From Arcobacteraceae bacterium (GTDB taxonomy: Bacteria > Campylobacterota > Campylobacteria > Campylobacterales > Arcobacteraceae): a stretch of DNA of 64,000 nt. Under the pieces are notes generated by a model. The model did no database searches. It was not told where the DNA came from and saw nothing but the letters and a program-made list of their open reading frames with translations. Within the stretch, counting starts at the first letter, position 1, and every line of letters starts with the position of its first letter. The DNA is taken from positions 224,001 through 288,000 of the forward strand of contig OY759974.1 of NCBI GenBank assembly GCA_963662945.1, written 5' to 3'. This document shows, one piece after another, positions 11,114 through 21,237 of the stretch. A program made the position numbers and the translations under genes.

Positions 11114-12172
11114 TTGATAAAAAATATTACAGGAAATATTGACTTTATTGAGAGATTAAGAGGGAAAAGTGCTACTTTTATGTTAGCACTTTCAAACACA
11201 GAGACAGCAAAAATAGAGGGTATCACACAAGCTGGAATACCAGGACTTATACACTTAACCCCCACACTTGATAGTGAGTTTTTATGTAGTGGAGAGGTAA
11301 GAAGCCTAGAAGGGATTGCGACAACTCCGACTGGGGTACCAACTCCAGCACTGATTACTCGTGCTATTCACCTTTTACATCCATACAGTAATATTGAACT
11401 TCTTAACTTAGGATTAGAAGTAACACCACAACTACAATACTTCACAACATATAATTTTGATATACTCCCAAGTGGAAGTATAGATACAGGAGCTTCTATA
11501 GATGCACAAACTATTTTCCAAAAAGCTTTAGAATTTGGACAAAATTATGAATGTACAAATGAATATATCATTTTAGCAGAATCCGTCCCAAGTGGTACTA
11601 CAACTGCCTTAGCAACTGCTTTAGCACTTGGATATGATTGTAAAAATATGTTTAGTAGTAGTTTTAAAAATGTTCCAAACAATATAAGAGAAACAACTAT
11701 ACAAAAAGCTTTAGAAAACATTACAGAAGAAGATGATATTTTTACAGTTTTAAGTAAAGTATCTGATAATATGCTTATATTTACAGCAGGATTTATACTA
11801 GGACTTAACAACAAAATACCACTCGTTTTAGCAGGTGGTACACAAATGGCTTGTTCACTTCTTATTGTAAATAAAATATTAGAAGAGATGGGAAGTGAAT
11901 TTAATACCTCAAATCTATCCCTTTGTACTACAAAGTGGGTGGCAAAAGATACAAATAGTGATATTAAGGCAATTTTAGAAATGCTTAATTTTTCTATTAA
12001 TAGTTATTATGTAGATTTTGATTTTGCACTTTCAAATCATCCAGCTTTAAAACTTTACGATGAGGGAGAAGCAAAAGAGGGAGTTGGTGCTGGTGGGGCA
12101 TTGATGTATGGTGTTTTAAATGGTTTAAATAAGCAACAAATTACTAGTAAAGTGGAAGAGTTTTTAGCTTAA
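11114..12172 (+). CDS. cobT: Nicotinate-mononucleotide phosphoribosyltransferase (CobT, TIGR00303-like)
   Basis: AESVPSGTTTA, LAGGTQM, KEGVGAGG; adjacent to cobU and cobS. Confidence 0.85.
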   Translation: MIKNITGNIDFIERLRGKSATFMLALSNTETAKIEGITQAGIPGLIHLTPTLDSEFLCSGEVRSLEGIATTPTGVPTPALITRAIHLLHPYSNIELLNLGLEVTPQLQYFTTYNFDILPSGSIDTGASIDAQTIFQKALEFGQNYECTNEYIILAESVPSGTTTALATALALGYDCKNMFSSSFKNVPNNIRETTIQKALENITEEDDIFTVLSKVSDNMLIFTAGFILGLNNKIPLVLAGGTQMACSLLIVNKILEEMGSEFNTSNLSLCTTKWVAKDTNSDIKAILEMLNFSINSYYVDFDFALSNHPALKLYDEGEAKEGVGAGGALMYGVLNGLNKQQITSKVEEFLA

Positions 12173-12667
12173 ATGAAGATACTCTATTTCGGTGGACAAA
12201 AATCTGGAAAGTCAAACTTAGCTGAACAAAAAGCTATTAGATTATCAAATGAAAGAAAACCATACTATATAGCTACTTATGATAATAGTTATGGAGATAG
12301 TGAGATGATCCAAAGAATTCAAAAACATCAGCTTCAAAGAGTTGATAATTTTCTTACTATTGAAGAAACTCACGAGTTGTTTTCAGTTATAAATGAGGGA
12401 GAGACTTATCTTATAGACTGTATCTCTATGTGGATTTTAAACAATATTGAAGAAGATGAAACCAATTTACTAGAACAACTTGACCTTTTAAGCAAAAAAA
12501 ATGCCAATATAGTTTTTGTACTCAATGATGTAAGTTCTGGTGTAATTCCACTTGATAGTTTGAGTCGTAAATATGTTGATTTATCAGGTATTATAGGACA
12601 AAAGCTGGCATCATTTTGTGATGAGGTATATGAAGTAAAACTTGGATTGGAAGTAAAACTCAAATGA
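12173..12667 (+). CDS. cobU: Adenosylcobinamide kinase/guanylyltransferase
   Basis: GGQKSGKS, YIAT, RIQKHQ, LIDC. Confidence 0.92.
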   Translation: MKILYFGGQKSGKSNLAEQKAIRLSNERKPYYIATYDNSYGDSEMIQRIQKHQLQRVDNFLTIEETHELFSVINEGETYLIDCISMWILNNIEEDETNLLEQLDLLSKKNANIVFVLNDVSSGVIPLDSLSRKYVDLSGIIGQKLASFCDEVYEVKLGLEVKLK

Positions 12668-13353
12668 GAGATATGATAAATGGTTTAAAATATGGCATCT
12701 CTTATTTTTCATTTCTTCCTCTAAAAGTACCCTACTTTGAGGCAAACAAAGAGTTTTATAAAGGGGTAGTTTTTAGTTTACCTCTTGTTGGTTTTTTATT
12801 GTCAATCATTACTATAGGATTATTTGTACTTCTTCCTTTTCCACCTCTTTATAAAGCAATCCTTTGTTCTGTTCTTTATCTCTTTTTATATGGATTTATC
12901 CACCTTGAAGCAGTTGCTGATACAATAGACGGTTACTTTGCATGTTTGTCAAATAAAGATGTACATGATATAATGAAAGAGCCACAAATTGGGGCTATTG
13001 GAGCTATTGGAACTTTTTGTTTTGTACTTTTAAAAGTTTTAGCAATTTCATTTTTACTTTACTTTGAGCACTATATTTTAATTGTTATTGCTCTTGTTTT
13101 AAGCCGAAGTTCACTTCTTTTTGCTTTAGATTTAGAATATCATGAAAGTAGCAACTTTATCAACTCACTAAAAAGTTCCTTTCAAACTCCAATTTTTATT
13201 AAAATTCTATTTTTACCTTTAAATTTATTAACAAAATTTATTCTTAACCGATTAAAGAAACATCTTGGCTTTTTAAATGGAGATACTTTAGGATTTACTA
13301 TAGAACTACAAGAGATTCTTTTATTGAATCTAGGCATATTATTATGCAACTGA
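12664..13353 (+). CDS. cobS: Adenosylcobinamide-GDP ribazoletransferase
   Basis: GFIHLEAVADTIDG, IMKEPQIGAIG, NGDTLG. Confidence 0.92.
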   Translation: MRDMINGLKYGISYFSFLPLKVPYFEANKEFYKGVVFSLPLVGFLLSIITIGLFVLLPFPPLYKAILCSVLYLFLYGFIHLEAVADTIDGYFACLSNKDVHDIMKEPQIGAIGAIGTFCFVLLKVLAISFLLYFEHYILIVIALVLSRSSLLFALDLEYHESSNFINSLKSSFQTPIFIKILFLPLNLLTKFILNRLKKHLGFLNGDTLGFTIELQEILLLNLGILLCN

Positions 13354-14666
13354 TAAATAAAACACAAAAGTATGGAATACATAGACCTAGAGATAAATCT
13401 CTTACGCTACTCGAACTTATTGCTATAGCACTAGGAGGTATGATAGGTGGAGGAATATTTACTGTTTTAGGAATTTCTGTATCAATGATAGGAGTATTTA
13501 CTCCTGTAGCATTTCTAATTGGTGGATTACTCGCTATTTTAGCTGCATATTCATATATCAAATTAGGCGTTTATTATAAAGATGAAGGGGCTACATATTC
13601 TTTTTATAAAAAAACATTTCCCAATATCCCTTTTGCATCATCACTCATAGGTTGGTGGGTAATTTTTGGGTACATTAGTACCCTAGCTTTGTATGCTTAT
13701 ACTTTCGCATCTTATGCAATTAGTGGATTTGAATTTGCTCACAATGAATGGATAAGAAAAGGCGTTGCAGGTTCAATCATACTAATTTTTACACTTATAA
13801 ACATTTGGAGTGTAAAAGGGATGGGAAAAGTTGAAGACCTTATGGTATATACAAAATTAGTGATTCTAACCATAATCTCTTTTGTTCTTATTAACAATGC
13901 AAATACCACAATACCAACACTTATCCAAAATAATCAAGATATATCAACTCTTTCTATTTTAATTGTTGCTTCACTAACCTTTGTTGCCTTTGAGGGCTTT
14001 CAACTTGTTATTAATGCAGTAAATGAAATGGATAATCCTGATAAAAATATTCCAAAAGCTATCTATAGCGCAATGATTTTGGCTATATTGATTTATATAA
14101 TTTTATCTTTAGGAGCAATCTTGACAATACCTTTTGAAGATATTATAAAAGACCAAGAATATGCTTTAGCCTCAGGTGCAGATAAAATCTTGGGACATTG
14201 GGGAACAGAGTTAGTTATTCTTGGAGCACTCCTTGCTACTAGTAGTGCTATTAGTGGTACATTATTTGGAGCTTCACGACAAATGGCAGTGATAGCTCAA
14301 GATGGTTACTTTCCAAATTATCTTGCAAAAAGAAAAAATAACATTCCAATCTATTCAATAGTAACTATGGCAATATTAGCTTTGATACTTATACTTGTAG
14401 GAAATTTAAAAGTAATTTTAGAATTTGGCAGTGTTACTTTTTTACTAGTTTCATTTCTTATGGCATACGCTAATTTTAAAATATATAAAAAAACAAATTC
14501 CTCATTACTCATCACAATTACAGCTATGATTGGACTTGCTATTGGAACTATTCTTATTGTTTATGATGAATATATCACGCAAGTAGAGCAATTGTATTTT
14601 ATAGGTGGACTCTATTTTATACTGACAATTTCAGCTTTTATATATTCAAAACTAAAGAAGAATTAA
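13344..14666 (+). CDS. APC-family amino acid permease
   Basis: GGMIGGGIF, AFEGF, about 12 hydrophobic segments. Confidence 0.9.
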   Translation: MQLINKTQKYGIHRPRDKSLTLLELIAIALGGMIGGGIFTVLGISVSMIGVFTPVAFLIGGLLAILAAYSYIKLGVYYKDEGATYSFYKKTFPNIPFASSLIGWWVIFGYISTLALYAYTFASYAISGFEFAHNEWIRKGVAGSIILIFTLINIWSVKGMGKVEDLMVYTKLVILTIISFVLINNANTTIPTLIQNNQDISTLSILIVASLTFVAFEGFQLVINAVNEMDNPDKNIPKAIYSAMILAILIYIILSLGAILTIPFEDIIKDQEYALASGADKILGHWGTELVILGALLATSSAISGTLFGASRQMAVIAQDGYFPNYLAKRKNNIPIYSIVTMAILALILILVGNLKVILEFGSVTFLLVSFLMAYANFKIYKKTNSSLLITITAMIGLAIGTILIVYDEYITQVEQLYFIGGLYFILTISAFIYSKLKKN

Positions 14667-15874
14667 AATTTTATCCTAAAAATATTTTGATTATCCCTAT
14701 ATTCATATTCTAAAGTAAAATGATGATGTTCTAATACTCTTTTTACTATATTTAATCCCAAACCATATCCTTTTATATTTCTACTAGTATCCTCTTGTGT
14801 AAAAGTTTGCATATAAAATTCAAGCTCATTATCAAGCTTTTTTCCATAATTTCTTACTTCTAATGTACCCTTGTCAACTACTATTTCCACATTTCCTTTT
14901 TCTCTATATTTTAAAGCATTATCAATAAGATTTTTGATAGCTATAGAGATATAGTTTATATCTGCAATACAATCAAATCTATTCAAGATTTTCACCTCAA
15001 TATCTTCTTCATTTTCTACAATCATTTTTGATAAAGCATTTGCCAATATAGTTTCTATAGAATGTTTTTCAACATTCAATATAAGATTTTTTGAATTTAA
15101 TCTTTCTAATTCCAACAGTTCATTGGTGAGTTCATCAATATTATTTATAGATTTTTTTAAAATTGTTTTATATTTACTCTCTTCTATCATCTCTAATGAA
15201 AATTTTGCTTTTGAAATAGGAGTTCGTAACTCATGGCTAATATCATTTAAAAATTGTGTTCTTGCAACGATTAAACTTTCAAGATTTTCAGCCATTGTAT
15301 TAAATCTTCTTACAAGTTCTCCTATTTCATCTTTTGAATTTGAAATTAAAAGTCTTGAAGAGTAATCACCACTACCAAAATTTTTTATACCTTTAGATAT
15401 GGTTTTAAGTGGTCGTAAAATACCAATTATTACAAAAAACATAATAATCAAGATTGAGATATCAGCTAAGATAAGATAATTCAAATGCTCTTTTTGTTCA
15501 ATCTCTTTTTTTTGAGATATATCATAAAAATAAAACTCATCATCAAGATATTTCATAAAAAGTAAATACCCATCATCTTGTTTGAATATTTTTATCTCTC
15601 CAAATGAAATTATTTGTTTATAAATACTATTAGAATCTTCTATAGTTGTATTAACTATTCTTGTTTCATAATTTAACTCTTGAACTCTTTTATTTAATGT
15701 TGTTAAATCACCATTTACAAAATAATTAAAAAGTTCTTTAGAAGCTTGTATATATTTTTCCTTATGGATTAATTCAATTTTTTCATCAGTTATTTCATTT
15801 GTTTTACTAGATAAATACAACATCAAAACGATACTAATACAAAACAATATAAAAACTTTAGTAAAAATCGACAT
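14663..15874 (-). CDS. Sensor histidine kinase (HAMP-HisKA-HATPase)
   Basis: ISHELRTP, NLIDNALKY, GYGLGLNIV. Confidence 0.95.
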   Translation of the reverse strand: MSIFTKVFILFCISIVLMLYLSSKTNEITDEKIELIHKEKYIQASKELFNYFVNGDLTTLNKRVQELNYETRIVNTTIEDSNSIYKQIISFGEIKIFKQDDGYLLFMKYLDDEFYFYDISQKKEIEQKEHLNYLILADISILIIMFFVIIGILRPLKTISKGIKNFGSGDYSSRLLISNSKDEIGELVRRFNTMAENLESLIVARTQFLNDISHELRTPISKAKFSLEMIEESKYKTILKKSINNIDELTNELLELERLNSKNLILNVEKHSIETILANALSKMIVENEEDIEVKILNRFDCIADINYISIAIKNLIDNALKYREKGNVEIVVDKGTLEVRNYGKKLDNELEFYMQTFTQEDTSRNIKGYGLGLNIVKRVLEHHHFTLEYEYRDNQNIFRIKF

Positions 15875-15877
15875 CTT

Positions 15878-16546
15878 TTATCCTATAAATTTATATCCAA
15901 TACCCCAAATAGATTTAATATATTTTGCATTTTTTGAGTCATCAAAAATCTTATTTCGTATATTACTTATATGCATATCTATTGCTCTATCTTTGATATT
16001 CACATATTCGCTTCCTAAAAATTGTGCGATAGACTCTCTTGAGAGAACTTTGTTTTGATTATTTAAAAGTAATAAAAATATCTCATATTCTATTTTTGTA
16101 AGTTCTAAGATATGTCCCTCTTGCATAATTTGCATTTTATCTTCATCTATTGTAAATTCTCCAACAACTTTATTATGACATTTAGGTGTAATTCTTCGTA
16201 AAATAGCATTTATCCGTATCACTAACTCTTTTGGTTCATAAGGTTTCGCCAAATAATCATCTGCACCATAATCAAAAGCAACTATCTTATCTCCTAAATT
16301 ACCTCTGGCACTTGAAATTATTATAGGTATCGAGCTTTTTTCTCTTATCTTTTTGCAAACATCAAAACCATCAAGATGAGGAAGCATTAAATCTAAAACA
16401 ACTATATCATAACTATTTTTTTGTTCTAAACTTTTCAATGCCTCAAGAGGATTTGCAAAAGAATCTATTTCAAAATCAAAATTTTTTAAATAATCTTGAA
16501 GTAATTCTTGCATATCAAGATCATCTTCTATAAGTAAGATTTTCAT
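15878..16546 (-). CDS. OmpR-family response regulator
   Basis: LIEDD, LDLMLP, GADDYLAKP, WGIGY. Confidence 0.95.
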   Translation of the reverse strand: MKILLIEDDLDMQELLQDYLKNFDFEIDSFANPLEALKSLEQKNSYDIVVLDLMLPHLDGFDVCKKIREKSSIPIIISSARGNLGDKIVAFDYGADDYLAKPYEPKELVIRINAILRRITPKCHNKVVGEFTIDEDKMQIMQEGHILELTKIEYEIFLLLLNNQNKVLSRESIAQFLGSEYVNIKDRAIDMHISNIRNKIFDDSKNAKYIKSIWGIGYKFIG

Positions 16547-16926
16547 TCAACCTCCCATTCATCGATATATTCTATAAACTTAGTTCTTTGTTCTTTTGAC
16601 AAAAGAGTATGAATTTGTTGTAAAAATTTTATTTCTAACTCAGTAGCAATTTTAGAGACTTGAAAATTCAATTCTTCTATCTTTGTTGTATCAAAATTTT
16701 CTTGAGAAAATACTTTTTGTTTTTCCTCTAAAATATCTTTTCTTTCTTCTCTATATTTTTTAATATTTTTTCTATACTCTTTTAAAATATGTTTTAAACT
16801 TTTCTTTTGCTCATGGTCTAAATTTAAATAAGTTAAATCTTTATGGTAATAATGATGATGTTTCTCTTCATCACTATCTGCAAAAAGTGTATAAACTAAA
16901 AGAGATAGTATTAATAATAATCTCAT
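16543..16926 (-). CDS. Spy/CpxP-like periplasmic protein
   Basis: Signal peptide; LNLDHEQ and LSKEQR (LTxxQ-like) motifs. Confidence 0.7.
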   Translation of the reverse strand: MRLLLILSLLVYTLFADSDEEKHHHYYHKDLTYLNLDHEQKKSLKHILKEYRKNIKKYREERKDILEEKQKVFSQENFDTTKIEELNFQVSKIATELEIKFLQQIHTLLSKEQRTKFIEYIDEWEVE

Positions 16927-16927
16927 T

Positions 16928-18046
16928 TTATCCCCTAATATCTGGAACTTTTATCAAACTTTTTTCTATAAGTCCATTTTCTATATCTGTATGACAAGCT
17001 TTACAGTTTGCTTTAGATTTCACCTTTGCACTTGCAAAAATATCTTTATCTATTTTTTTATGTTTTTTTTCCCAATAAGGTGTTTTTGTTATAGCTATTG
17101 TACTATTATTTTCTTTGAGGCTTTTTAATATTTTAAAAGCTGCTTTATGTGTAGAATTTTCAGCACTATTTTTTTCTAAGAAACTAAGTATGGATAAATT
17201 TGTTTCCTTATCTATACTTGCATCATCTCCAAAATGATTTTCTAAATCACCCATCATAAGAGTCCAAGAGCTTTTAGGGAGTAAAAAAGGTGGATATGTT
17301 ATATGACAACTGCCACACTCCTTTGAAAAATCTTGATGTAACAAAGCATAGTCTTGTTTTATATTTGCACTAGCCACAAAAATATTGTCTTTTGCAAAAA
17401 TCAAATAATAAAGTGCATATAGTGAAGCTAGTATAAAAATCACACCCAATAACTTTTGAAAGAAATTAATTTTGATACTCACATCTTGTGATGTTTTTTT
17501 ATATCCATCAATCATTGATTCTATAGCATCACCTTTTTTTATAAACCTATCTATCAAACTTCCAGCAACATGTACAACAATCACAGCTAAAAATAGATTT
17601 GAGAGAAATTCATGTATCTCTTTAAAAAGTTCCATCTTTTTAAAATAATCACTATGTAAAAACGACAATATCCCATGATTTTCTTCAACTCCATAGACTA
17701 AAAGCCCAGATAATATGGTCAAAATTGCCAATACAATCATAGCTACAATGGCATAACTTGATGCAGGATTGTGTCCTAGATACTCTTTTGTTTTTGAAAA
17801 AGGGGAAAGTAGATACTCTTTCAAATCTACTAAATTAAAATTGAAATCTTTAAATTTAGAGTGTTTAGGCCCTATATAACCCCAAAAAACTCGAAATAAA
17901 AATACAACTCCCAGAGCAAGACCAAAAGCTACATGATAAGATAATAACTCATCAAAATCAGCTAAAACATAACTAACTGTAAAAAAGAGTATCATTAATA
18001 TATGCGATACTCTGTTAAACAAAGGCCAAATATAACTTTTAGTCAT
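16928..18046 (-). CDS. Cytochrome b fused to a dihaem cytochrome c (DHC) domain
   Basis: RVSH, GHNP, EIHE; CGSCH and CKACH; start moved to MTKSYIW, which overlaps the upstream stop. Confidence 0.9.
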   Translation of the reverse strand: MTKSYIWPLFNRVSHILMILFFTVSYVLADFDELLSYHVAFGLALGVVFLFRVFWGYIGPKHSKFKDFNFNLVDLKEYLLSPFSKTKEYLGHNPASSYAIVAMIVLAILTILSGLLVYGVEENHGILSFLHSDYFKKMELFKEIHEFLSNLFLAVIVVHVAGSLIDRFIKKGDAIESMIDGYKKTSQDVSIKINFFQKLLGVIFILASLYALYYLIFAKDNIFVASANIKQDYALLHQDFSKECGSCHITYPPFLLPKSSWTLMMGDLENHFGDDASIDKETNLSILSFLEKNSAENSTHKAAFKILKSLKENNSTIAITKTPYWEKKHKKIDKDIFASAKVKSKANCKACHTDIENGLIEKSLIKVPDIRG

Positions 18047-18530
18047 CCCATCTTCCATAGTTTGGTATTTTAATTGCTCTTTCACTGTATATTCCTTTAT
18101 CTGCTGTTGTATGACAAGCCATACAATTACTAAGTGTTCCAACCTCTTTTTGTGTTATCATTCTTTTTGGTATCTCATTATGTTTTTTTATAAAATATGC
18201 AACTTCAGTTATCTTTAGTGGTATTTCATTTGCCCTTATAGAGTTAGTTATTTTTCTACTTCTTTTATACTCCATAGCTTTTTCACTACTATTTGCTTTT
18301 AAATAGTTAAGTATCGTATTATAATCCTCTTTTGCTAAGGTAGCATCTGTATTAAAATGATTTTCTAAATTATTCATCATCTTTACCCAAGAACGCTCTG
18401 GTAAAAGACCAGCTTGAAAAGCAAAATGACAACTTCCACACTCTTTTATGTACAATTGATTATTCACAGGTTTTACTCCACTAGCAAAAACAATTGTTGT
18501 CAATAATATACTTAAAATTAATTTTTTCAT
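18039..18530 (-). CDS. Dihaem cytochrome c (DHC)
   Basis: Signal peptide, CGSCH, CMACH, NHF..DA. Confidence 0.9.
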   Translation of the reverse strand: MKKLILSILLTTIVFASGVKPVNNQLYIKECGSCHFAFQAGLLPERSWVKMMNNLENHFNTDATLAKEDYNTILNYLKANSSEKAMEYKRSRKITNSIRANEIPLKITEVAYFIKKHNEIPKRMITQKEVGTLSNCMACHTTADKGIYSERAIKIPNYGRWDD

Positions 18531-18541
18531 AGTCTATCCTT

Positions 18542-18959
18542 CTATTTTGAGTTGATGTAATACAATACATCACCTTTTTCTTGAGCAGTTCCCTCTCTAT
18601 TATATACATCTTTAAAATTTCTTCTTAACCATTTTTCAACATCTTTTACATTAGTTAGTCTAGTTGAATTTTTATTTGGAGAAAGAGGTTCAATAAGTTT
18701 ATTTGTAAAAACATTTTTCCCATTGTTGTTAAATCAATATTATGACAACTTGTACAAGATATCTTTTCACCTTTTTTCCCTATATGTGAAGTTGTAAATA
18801 TTTTCTCACCCTCTTTCACACTAAAATCCACAAAACCACCATTCTCTTTTTTCGCTTCTATTTTTAAACCATTTATATATTCTTGCATACTTGAATTAAA
18901 CTGTGCTGCAAATATATTTGTATTGTAAATCAACAGAAATCCTATCATTATTTTTTCAT
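18542..18959 (-). pseudogene. SHP/DUF1924-like monohaem cytochrome c with two single-base frameshifts
   Basis: CTSCH; adding one A near 18951-18956 and one near 18714-18718 gives MKKIMIGF...GKNVFTNKLIEPLSP...KWLRRNFKDVYNREGTAQEKGDVLYYINSK*. Confidence 0.8.
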
Positions 18960-19109
18960 TTTTTTCCTTTATATTTTTATTATCATAACTTTATTCCTAA
19001 TTTGTAAAATGAAATAATACATATCTTTACAATTTCTTTACAATTAAAGCTAACTTAAAAATATAATATAGTAGACTAAAAATTCAATTTAAAAAAAGGT
19101 CTCTAGTAT

Positions 19110-21152
19110 ATGGTTAAAAAAGATGTAATAAATTTAAAATCAATGGATACTCTACAATTTATTGTAGATGGCATAGATGCAATTATTTACATTATTGATA
19201 TTGAAACTTATGAAATCTTATATGCAAATTATCACTGTCAAAAAGAATTTGGCAATGTTCTTGGTAAAACTTGCTACAGTGTCCTACAAAAAGATAAACG
19301 ACATGCATGTGAAGAATGTGCTCTTTTTAATAATACCTATTCTAAAGAAATAGGAGCTACTTATAAATGGGAGCATTATAATAGTATAAATAACAAACAT
19401 TATATATTTAGTGATAGAATTACTCTTATTAATAATAGAAAAGTAAAAATTCAAGTTGGAATTAACATCTCTAAACAAAAAGAATTAGAAAATCAAATTC
19501 TTGAGCAACAAAGTAAAAATTTAGAAACCTTTGAAGCCTTATCAAATTCAACAATTGAAGGCTTAATTATCTATGATGAAAATAAAAAATGTATTAAAAC
19601 AAATACTGTAGCACCACAATTACTTGGCTATACAGATGAAGAGATGTTAGGTAAAAATGCTTTTGAGTTTATTGCTTATGAATCTATAAATCATGTAAAA
19701 AAAGTTATTAAGAATACAAATCAAGAACCTTATGAAGCAGTTATGCTACGAAAAGATGGTACAAAGTTTCCTGCTATTTTAAGAGGAAAAGATATACAAC
19801 TTGAAGGAAAAGAGATTAGAGTTTCTGCTGTTATGGATATAACGAAGATTAAAGAAAAAGAGGAAGAAATTTTAAAGCTTGCATATTATGATTCTTTAAC
19901 TTCTCTTCCAAATAGATCTTTATTAGAAGACAGAGCTAGTCGTCTTATAAATAAAAATGGAAGAAATAAAAACTATGGTGCTTTGATGTTTGTAGATTTG
20001 GATAACTTTAAAAATATCAATGATACAAAAGGACATATTGTTGGTGATCTCATTTTAGTGGAATGCGCCAAGAAACTTTCCAAAACTATAAGAAAATATG
20101 ACACTGTTGCAAGATTTGGTGGAGATGAGTTTGTCATACTTATTGATACTCAACATAATGATAAAAATTCTGCTGTTAAAAGTATCCGTACTGTTGCAAA
20201 TAATGTTTTAACAAAATTATCACAACCTCTTACTGTTGAAACTAATGAATATCAACTCACTGCAAGTATTGGTATTGCTATTTTTAATGACCATATTACT
20301 TTTGATGAACTTATGAAGCGTGCAGATAGTGCAATGTATCATTCTAAAGATAAAGGAAAAAATAACTTTAGTTTTTTTGATCCAAAACTTCAAAAAGAGA
20401 TAGAAAGAAAAACAATTATTACCGAAAAACTTAGACTGGCAATCAAAAATAAAAAAATTATGGTACATTATCAAAAACAATTTAATCAAGAACAACAAGT
20501 AGTGGGTGCTGAAGCACTCTTACGATGGAATGATAAGGTTTTAGGATATGTAAGTCCTGCTGAATTTATAAATATAGCAGAAGAAAGTGATTTAATTTTA
20601 CAACTAGGTGATTATGTTATTGAAGAATCTATAAAACTTCTTAGTAGTTGGGAAAAAGATAAAATTAAAAAAGATTGGAGAATTTCTGTAAATATAAGTA
20701 TAAAACAATTTGAAAAGTCTAATTTTGTCAAAAATGTAGAAAATAATATTTTCAAATATAATATAGTCCCAAATAAATTAAGATTGGAGTTTACAGAAAG
20801 TTTACTCTTCAAAAATACTGACAAAGCTCTTGAAAAGATACATTATCTTAAGAACTTAGGATTAACTCTTTCTATTGATGATTTTGGTACTGGTTATTCT
20901 TCTTTATCATACCTAAAGAAACTACCAATTGATGAGCTAAAAATAGATAAATCATTTATAGATGATATTCTTACTGATGAAAATGATGAAACAATTGTCT
21001 TAGCTATACTGTCTATTGGAAAAAAATTTGGTTTTGAAGTTATAGCAGAAGGTGTTGAAACAAAAGAGATGTATGAAAAACTACTTACTTTGGGATGTGA
21101 GTATTTTCAAGGTTATTATTTTGCTAAACCAATGCCGCAAGAAGAACTCTAA
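19110..21152 (+). CDS. PAS-GGDEF-EAL c-di-GMP signalling protein
   Basis: GGDEF, EAL and DDFGTGYSS intact; PAS domains. Confidence 0.95.
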   Translation: MVKKDVINLKSMDTLQFIVDGIDAIIYIIDIETYEILYANYHCQKEFGNVLGKTCYSVLQKDKRHACEECALFNNTYSKEIGATYKWEHYNSINNKHYIFSDRITLINNRKVKIQVGINISKQKELENQILEQQSKNLETFEALSNSTIEGLIIYDENKKCIKTNTVAPQLLGYTDEEMLGKNAFEFIAYESINHVKKVIKNTNQEPYEAVMLRKDGTKFPAILRGKDIQLEGKEIRVSAVMDITKIKEKEEEILKLAYYDSLTSLPNRSLLEDRASRLINKNGRNKNYGALMFVDLDNFKNINDTKGHIVGDLILVECAKKLSKTIRKYDTVARFGGDEFVILIDTQHNDKNSAVKSIRTVANNVLTKLSQPLTVETNEYQLTASIGIAIFNDHITFDELMKRADSAMYHSKDKGKNNFSFFDPKLQKEIERKTIITEKLRLAIKNKKIMVHYQKQFNQEQQVVGAEALLRWNDKVLGYVSPAEFINIAEESDLILQLGDYVIEESIKLLSSWEKDKIKKDWRISVNISIKQFEKSNFVKNVENNIFKYNIVPNKLRLEFTESLLFKNTDKALEKIHYLKNLGLTLSIDDFGTGYSSLSYLKKLPIDELKIDKSFIDDILTDENDETIVLAILSIGKKFGFEVIAEGVETKEMYEKLLTLGCEYFQGYYFAKPMPQEEL

Positions 21153-21237
21153 ATTTTCCTATTGATTTAATTTTATAAGTAGAGTTAAACACATAATATT
21201 GTAAACTCCACAAAATTTTATCACACGTAAGGATAAT

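Noticed and set aside
21153-21237. Cobalamin riboswitch before cobQ (or cobT)
   Set aside because: Intergenic spaces are too short and no B12-box was seen
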